64,000 nt of DNA, from NCBI RefSeq assembly GCF_009914755.1, contig NC_060925.1. The stretch is one strand, 5' to 3'. The notes under the pieces are model-generated. The model made no database searches. It was not told the DNA's origin and was given only the letters and a program-made list of their open reading frames with translations. The DNA is from the human T2T-CHM13v2.0 reference genome, Homo sapiens. Both the position numbers and the translations under genes were made by a program. This document shows positions 53,546 to 64,000 of the stretch, in pieces; position 1 is the stretch's first letter; each line of letters starts with the position of its first letter.

Positions 53546-54553
53546 GTAAGTGATGGTTTGAATGACTGATTCTTGATGTACCTATTGTAAGAGGTTTGGC
53601 TGTGTAATAACAAATAATATTAGCCACTCTTTTTAGCACGGGGACACCATGAGAGGAGGCTCTTCTTCCCCTCCAGGAAGGCCTGGGTGGGGCTAGAGAT
53701 GGGGTGAGTGGAAGTGAAGGAGAGGCAGGGCAGAGGGAAGAGGCTGAGGGTCTTGTGAGTCCCTGCAGGTCCCAGCACTGGGCAGGTGGGGGTACATCTC
53801 TCACCCTCTGCACCCTCCACACACCTCCCCATGCCCCGACCCCCCCCCCCACACCCGCCACCCTCTGCCAAACCTGTTGCTTCACTTCTCTCTTGAACTA
53901 CTTGCTCCTTGAGCTCAGCATTGCCACACCCTGAATTCTCTTCTGGCTCATCTGGCTTCTCCCATCAGCCCAGTGCTAGAATGAAGGAGGAAGGCCCAAA
54001 GACCACCCCCACTCCCGCCCCAGGTTCCCTTTTTATGTGCTGCCGCTGAGCCTCCACACCCTGAGCCCGGGACTGGCAGTGCCTTGACAGGCCCCCACAA
54101 AACAGGCTGCCTCTCCAGGAATCCCCATAATAAGTCGGTGGGGCTGACCCTGTATGTCCAGGGACTGGGGGATGTGGAGGACAGTGATGGAGAGTGAGCC
54201 AGCAAATTGGGTGTAGACCCCTCCCTAGAAACTAATCATTTTCAAGCTGGCACGTGAGCAGTTAGCAACCCTGGGAACTGGGACACCCGGTCACTGTGTC
54301 TCTCTCCCAATTCTGCCCCACGCTACCCACCCACCAGGTTCCACCCAGCTCTCCCGCACAGGACTTTCTGTCTCTGATGCTCACTTGGTTCTAGGCATTG
54401 CCTCCCCTGTGTTTTTGGGTGCACAGTTCTACCTTCCCTCTGAAAAGGCTGTCCCCAGGGGCAGCTGATGGGGCTTCTCCCCTCCATCTGTTCACTCTGG
54501 ACCCAGCATGGTGTGCAGCAGAACAGGCCTCTGCCCACTCCCCCACCCACCCC

Positions 54554-54731
54554 CAGTGGTTTTCAAACCCTTATAGGGCATCCGAATTTTGAGGGGGGCT
54601 TGTTAAAACACAGATTCTGGGCCTCACCTCCCCAAATTTCTGATTCAGCAGGTCTGGGATGCAGCCCAGAAACTTGCATTTCTAACAATTTCTCAGGTGG
54701 TGGCCTGAGGACCTCCCTTGAAGAACCACTG
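54554..54731. mobile_element. MER5A-like hAT MITE abutting the PIN4 pseudogene
   Basis: TIRs CAGTGGTTTTCAA ... TTGAAGAACCACTG with internal TTCTGATTCAGCAGGTCTGGG and TTGCATTTCTAACAA. Confidence 0.85.
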
Positions 54732-55179
54732 AGGCAGTTGAGACTTCAACAGCAAGTTTCCAGGATGCCACCCAAAGGAACAAGTGGTTCTGGAAAAGGG
54801 GAAAGTGGAAGCAACCTCTGGGAGTGACAGTGCTGGCAAGAAGGCTCAGGGTCCCAAAGGCGGTGGCAATGCAGCTAAGGTCAGACACATTCTGTGTGAA
54901 CAACATGGCAAAATCACGGCAGTCATGGAAAAGTTAAAGTCTGGGATAAGATTCAATGAAGCAGCCTCACAATATAGTGAAGATAAAGCCAGGCAAGGGG
55001 GCGACTTCGGTTGGATGACGAGGGTCCATGGTGGGGCCATTGCAGGACGCAGCATCTGTCTTGCCTGTAAGTGGGATGGATAAGCCTGTATAACATCCAC
55101 CAGTTAAGACAAACTTTGGATATCATATTATTCTGGTTAAAGGAAGAAAATATAATCATAGAAAGACTGAAAAAAAAAA
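54732..55179 (+). pseudogene. Processed pseudogene of PIN4 (parvulin Par14/Par17 peptidyl-prolyl isomerase)
   Basis: Intronless. ATG 54765 [11 protein letters not shown], then after a frameshift [33 protein letters not shown]...[16 protein letters not shown], then after a second frameshift [42 protein letters not shown]. Frameshifts near 54800 and 55020, TAA at 55091-55093, A-tract 55170-55179. Confidence 0.95.
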
Positions 55180-57799
55180 CATCTAAAAGCAGCCCTTCTA
55201 GGCAGACACAACACTTTTGTCTGTGCTCACCCCTCAGTGGGGCCCCTGAACTGGGCATGGGCAGCCCCTGCCCTGGTCCATCCCCCATGCTGCCCTCCCC
55301 ACCCTACGCTTCAGACCCAGAGAACTCTGGAGCCCCCCAAACACTCTTTATCAGGCACCAACCCAGGCCTTGGGGTACGATGATGAACCTTGGCTCCTGT
55401 CCCCGCCACTGTCCTCAGCACGGTGCCGGCCTCTTGGATGGTTTGGGCAGCTGGACACAGCCCCTTGACGTTCCTGATCCCCTCATACCGTGCTCACTCC
55501 ATTCCCATCTTCCCATGCAGCAGATGGCGAGGGACAGAAATTATTTTCTTCTTTGCCAGAGGAACGCACTTAGTGCCAGGGCTAAGAGAGGAGAGGGAGT
55601 CCGTGGGGACGGCATCCCAGCCTGCCGTCCTTCCCTGGGGCCTGCTGGGGCAGTTTGGCCCACTCCAGCACCAGGCCCATGTGCCCAGCTGCCTGGGCAA
55701 CACCCTGGCTCAGGCACCGCCAAGCCCCTCCTCACTCGATGGCCCCACCCTGAACCCCATCTGCTCCCTTCCTCTTCTCCCTGTCACACAAAGGCCCAGC
55801 CACAGCCGCTGAGCCAAACTAGAAATCTGAGGGTCCCCCCCTCTGCTCCATTCCCTTCCTCCTCGCAGCCAGGAGAGCAGCAAGTCCTGTCCTGCTCCCC
55901 TCGAGGCCTCCTAACCTGCCCTCCTCCACAGACCCACGCCACCGTATCTGTTTGAGCCACTGTCTTCTGCCAGCTTCATGGCAGCAACCTCCTCACCGCT
56001 CCAGCTGACTGCTCCGGAAGCCTCTCCATCCCACTGCCGCCCGAACCACCTTCCTTCAATGACAATATGAGGATAAAATGCAAACCTGTGGTCAAGTCAC
56101 ATGCGCTTCTGTGATCACACCCTTGCAGCTTCCCTAGCCCCTATGCCCCCTGGTCCCAGCTGCACAGAACTATTCAACATCCCCAGATCACCAGAGGCTT
56201 CTCCAAAGGCCCTTCTCTCCCAATCCACCTATACTCCTACCCTCCTCCAAGTCTCAGTGGAGCACTGACTCGTCCAGGAAGTCTACCCTGGCCACCCGAC
56301 TGCACTAGGAGCCGCTCCTCCAGGCCCCATAGCCCTGTATGTCCCTCTTTCTACATGGCATCCACAATACTGAAGTCATCTATTTACTCATCTGGGAGAA
56401 ACTTGAGTGTCAACACTATGTCTTATGCAGTTTTATATTCTCAGTGACCACCACAGTGCCTGACACATAGTAGATGCTCATCGAATAAACGAATGGACAA
56501 GTAACCAACACAGAAAGGCACCATCTGGCCAGACACAGTGCAGGAAATTTGCCTTTCATGGCTCAGGAGGGATCTTTGCTTGTTTCTCAGGGTCCTGAAA
56601 TAAGGCTAGGAGGCTCATGGCTAAGGGTACAGGGAAAGGGCCGTCTGAGAAGCCATCTGTTTCAAGTTCTTGGCACCTGGAGTGTCTGGGCACCAGATGC
56701 CCCCTCTCCCAGAGAGAAGCAGCCGCAGCCACTCACTGACCTTGACATATGTGATGAACTGCTCGCCCTCCAACAATGTGCTCGGACACACATAGAAACA
56801 ACAGCTGGGCACTGGGCCTTTGTTGTTGTTAAACTTAGGCCCTGGGAGGTCACCCTGAACTGTGACCACCCCCTCCACCCTGTGCCCAGCCTGGGGCCAG
56901 AAATGTCAGGGGGAAGCAGGTGCCAACACAGACAAAGAGCCCTGCCCTTGTTTCTGGTGTGTATCCCCACCTCCCTGGCTGCTTCCTCCTCCCGCTCCAT
57001 TCTCCTCCAAAGCCCCATAACTCCACAGACCCCAGCTGTCCTTCTTCCCTGCTCTCACGCCCTTGCCCCCACCCCATGACTGTTTTGCAGGAGGCTTGGG
57101 GAGGAATTGAGAAGGGTGGGACCTTCTCAGTCAGCAGATCTAATGAAGATCCTTCCAGACCCTAGCCAGGATAGGACAACCTCTCCAAAACTCTGAGGCT
57201 GGGCTGAGCCTCTTTCTGAGGATAGGGCTTTCACGGGGTCTCACCCTGTTCACAATGGGGCAGGGGGAGGGGCAAGCTGCTACCCTCCTCTCTGTGCAAG
57301 AAAGAGGAGGCCTCCCTTTGCTTCCTTATACATGCAGACTCCCAGCCACACTTCAACCCATCTCTTTGCTGCTCATCAGGGCTCAGCTATAGGAAAATTG
57401 GTAACACAAAGCCCAGCTCCAAGGTGCTCACTGTCAGTCCAGCAGGGAACGGGACTGCAGACATATAACTACACCCAGAGTGCATCTGCTGCAGCAGAGG
57501 CTGGAAACCAAACGGGGGCCTTGGGAGCTGGGGGTGGAATGAATTTCCCCAGCCAAAGCAGGAGGTGGAGAGGGATTAGGCCCCCTAAGACAGACCCCTC
57601 TCCGCCCCGTCACAGACTATCCTGGGTTTGCGATGTGGTAATGCTTCTCGAAGAGTGGTCCACCAACTCCTGGGGGTACCATATTTATCTTTGCATTGGA
57701 TTGGCATGTGGGCTGATAGTGCGAAGGCAATGGTGGGTAAAACTGGTGACTTATTCTTTCCCATGTTGCAGTCATTGGGGCCAAAAAGCCAGTTTTATT

Positions 57800-60770
<2,971 letters not shown>

Positions 60771-61114
60771 CTCCCTCTCTTGCCTAGAGTGTCACAAACT
60801 CCTAGGCTCAAGCGATCCTCCCACCTTGACCACACAAAGCATTGGGATTACAGGTGTAAGCCACTGCACCTGGCCAGGCGTATAAATGTTTCATTCAAAG
60901 TTGGTGACCCGGGGCTGCTACACTGAGACCTGACTTTACACCCTTTATTATTAATCTGAGAACAACATTCTATGTTTTTAGCAGATTATTATTGTTATTA
61001 TCCTGATTCACATTATCATCTACAAAATAACATAAAAGATGAAATAATCAAGAAAACATAAAGTATGATTTTTAATTATGTCCAATGGCAGCCAATAACA
61101 GGATTCAACCAATA

Positions 61115-61417
<303 letters not shown>

Positions 61418-61675
61418 TAATATCCAAGTTATTGTGTGTAAGATCAGTCATTGCTAGTGAGCTCCAGGTATTTTGTGGTTTAATAAAATGCCCTGAAGGC
61501 ACTGCATGAAACAGTGGCATTATAAAACTGTGAATTTTGTTTCAGTACTCCGTGTGGGTTATGTGAGAAAAACCTGGCATTGGCTGACCTAGTCCCGGGA
61601 GCTGTATTTCTATTCCTGGAATAAAGAGATAAAGTTCTTCTTCTTGCCACCAGAGGGAGCATTGGTGAGCCTTGG

Positions 61676-61703
61676 TGCATGTGTGTGCATGTGTGTGCGC
61701 GTG

Positions 61704-61739
<36 letters not shown>

Positions 61740-61763
61740 GAGAGAGAGAGAAACAGAGAGAGA
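61676..61763. repeat. Compound (TG)n/(GA)n microsatellite
   Basis: Seen directly. Confidence 0.95.
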
Positions 61764-63098
61764 AAGGGAAAGAACGTGTGGGTGACTTGTTTGTGACTGA
61801 CTATATGCCTGAGATCGCTTGGGTGTGAAATTTTCAAAGTGGCTGATTGTATGTGAATGTCCCTCCTCCCTCCACCCACATGATAAACAATCAAAAGTGT
61901 TTCCAGTCCCAGCCTCTTATTCATCACTCCCTGAACCTTCCCTGCACGCTTGTTCACAGCTAGGTGATCTGGGTGGATTCCAGGGCTAAAGCTTGGAGAG
62001 CAACAAATACAGTTCATGTGAGAGAAGCGTCTTGCAATGCAGTTACTGTAACTCCAACATAGTTGCTTTGGACCTGTCTATCTTTCTTAAAGTGAGGTCT
62101 CCCTGTAATCCCAGAATTCCCTTGAGGATCTAAGTGTTCTATGGTTCTTAACTTTTGGAAGGGGGTTCAAGCTTCCTTTGAAAACTTTTGCAATGCAAAA
62201 GCATTCACACACATCATTTTGAAAAGCCAAAAGCTATTCCACACCAATTCCAGCGGGCTCAGAGACCCTCTGGAACCCATTCAAGGACACACATGGGAAG
62301 GAGGCCTGTAGTGTGTGCACAAGTGTCTCTAAAGACTTCAAGATGCTTCATCCCAGGAAGAGACACCAGCTGCAGTAGCCCCTGCTCCTCTCTGGGCGTG
62401 GCCAACAGTGACACTGAGAAGTGGAGAGAGCTTGGAGAGAAGGCGGCTGACCCTAGAGGGAGGTGTGGAGCCAGGAGTGAGTGGATGGTCCCTGATGCCT
62501 CAGGAGACCGAGGTATGAAGAAAATTCCCGTTTCCACTATTGAAGGATATTGAGGTTCCCAAGGTGCCTTGCGGAGTCCAGGGAGCCAAGAATCTCACAG
62601 CCTGTAACAAAATGATATTCACTCCCAACTCCAGGTGCAGCCACCTCAGAATAATTCAGGGGGTTCAGCCTGGAGTGAAGTATACTCTTGCTATACCCTC
62701 CCTGGTATCCTCTCCACCTACCTTGATAAATGTGAATTTTTTGTGATGCAGTCTAAAATCCAGACAGAAGGGAAGCCTGCTTTTCCTGCCTTGTTGGCCA
62801 CATGAATATATAAAAACTCCCCAAACATTTATAATACATGCAATAACGTGTTTTAATGTCATACTGAGAAGGTAGTGATTAATTCTCTCAGAGGGGACTC
62901 AAGAGAAGATTTGCAGGGGGCATAAGCCCTGAGCCAGGTTTTGTAGGATGTATAGGAGTTCATCAGGCAACCAAGGACAAAGGGCACTACAGACCCAAGG
63001 AACAGCCTGGCCACGGCACAGTGGCCTAAGAAAGCATGGTGTGTGGGGAACTCTAGCAAGTTTACTCTCACTATGGAAGAGACGAAGGTTAAGAATAA

Positions 63099-63509
<411 letters not shown>

Positions 63510-63619
63510 TAGAATAAGATTAGTATGATGTCACAGAAGTCAAGGGGAGACAGAGTCCTGAAGGGACTATTAATATAGTTAATTAATGTGATATTATTAA
63601 TTTTATTAATAATTAATAT

Positions 63620-63771
63620 AACACTAAAGTCCTCAAAACCCTCTCTGGAAAAAAGCATAGGCCACAGATCCTACCGTGGTTTGTGTTTCTTTTTCCTAAG
63701 CGTGTCCTCAACCTTGGCAAAATAAACTTCTAAATCGACTGAGATCTGTCTCAGACACTTGTTGGTTTACA
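63620..63771 (+). mobile_element. ERV1 LTR 3' fragment (MER4-group)
   Basis: GTGTCCTCAACCTTGGCAAAATAAACTTCTAAATCGACTGAGATCTGTCTCAGA...GGTTTACA resembles a MER4-type LTR end with its poly(A) signal. Confidence 0.7.
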
Positions 63772-64000
63772 AAACATACAATGCAAACAACAGAACAAAA
63801 CATCAAAAAACTATGATTAATATTTCCAAAGACAGAGAGATAATATTGCACCCATGAAATGGGAAGAGAATCCATACAAAAAAGGAAAAAATAACATTCA
63901 GAAAACAAAAGGAACTCTTTCTCATTCTTTTTTTTTTTTTTTTTTTTTTTTTTGAGACGGAGTCTGGCTCTGTCGCCCAGGCTGGAGTGCAGTGGTGCGA

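Noticed and set aside
54784-55083. 99-aa ORF with a parvulin core as a functional PPIase
   Set aside because: Non-ATG start, bounded by two frameshifts, and lacks the C-terminal FGYHII catalytic strand in frame.
55071-55955. 294-aa ORF starting in the PIN4 pseudogene tail
   Set aside because: Out of frame with parvulin, runs through the poly(A) remnant into Pro-rich unique and L2-like DNA, no homology recognised.

Overview
Human (Alu-rich primate) genomic DNA, not prokaryotic. From gene content I recognise it as the chr1q32.1 troponin locus. Three genes lie in tandem on the minus strand. TNNI1 (slow skeletal troponin I) has 9 exons at about 47520 to 34860 and a complete 187-aa CDS that includes a 4-nt microexon. 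LAD1 (ladinin-1) has a CpG-island promoter near 25100, 10 exons and its stop at 7697; it reads 516 aa here, one codon shorter than the 517 aa I recall for the reference. TNNT2 (cardiac troponin T) contributes its promoter, non-coding exon 1 and part of intron 1 at the left edge. Also present are the TNNI1 slow-fibre upstream enhancer (USE/SURE), a decayed processed PIN4 (parvulin) pseudogene, and many Alu, MIR, L2, L1, MLT1, MER and Charlie repeats. I find no wholly new biological system. The best leads are: (1) the LAD1 C-terminus aligns without gaps to the caldesmon actin/calmodulin-binding tail, which makes the locus a TnI / caldesmon-like / TnT triad; (2) a duplicated copy of the LAD1 exon-2 acceptor in intron 2 (poison-exon candidate); (3) a 66-nt in-frame cryptic exon in LAD1 intron 1; (4) a non-reference LAD1 coding haplotype. 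Exon boundaries were derived by hand from GT/AG sites and reading frame. Repeat family names and reference-protein comparisons are from memory and need confirmation.
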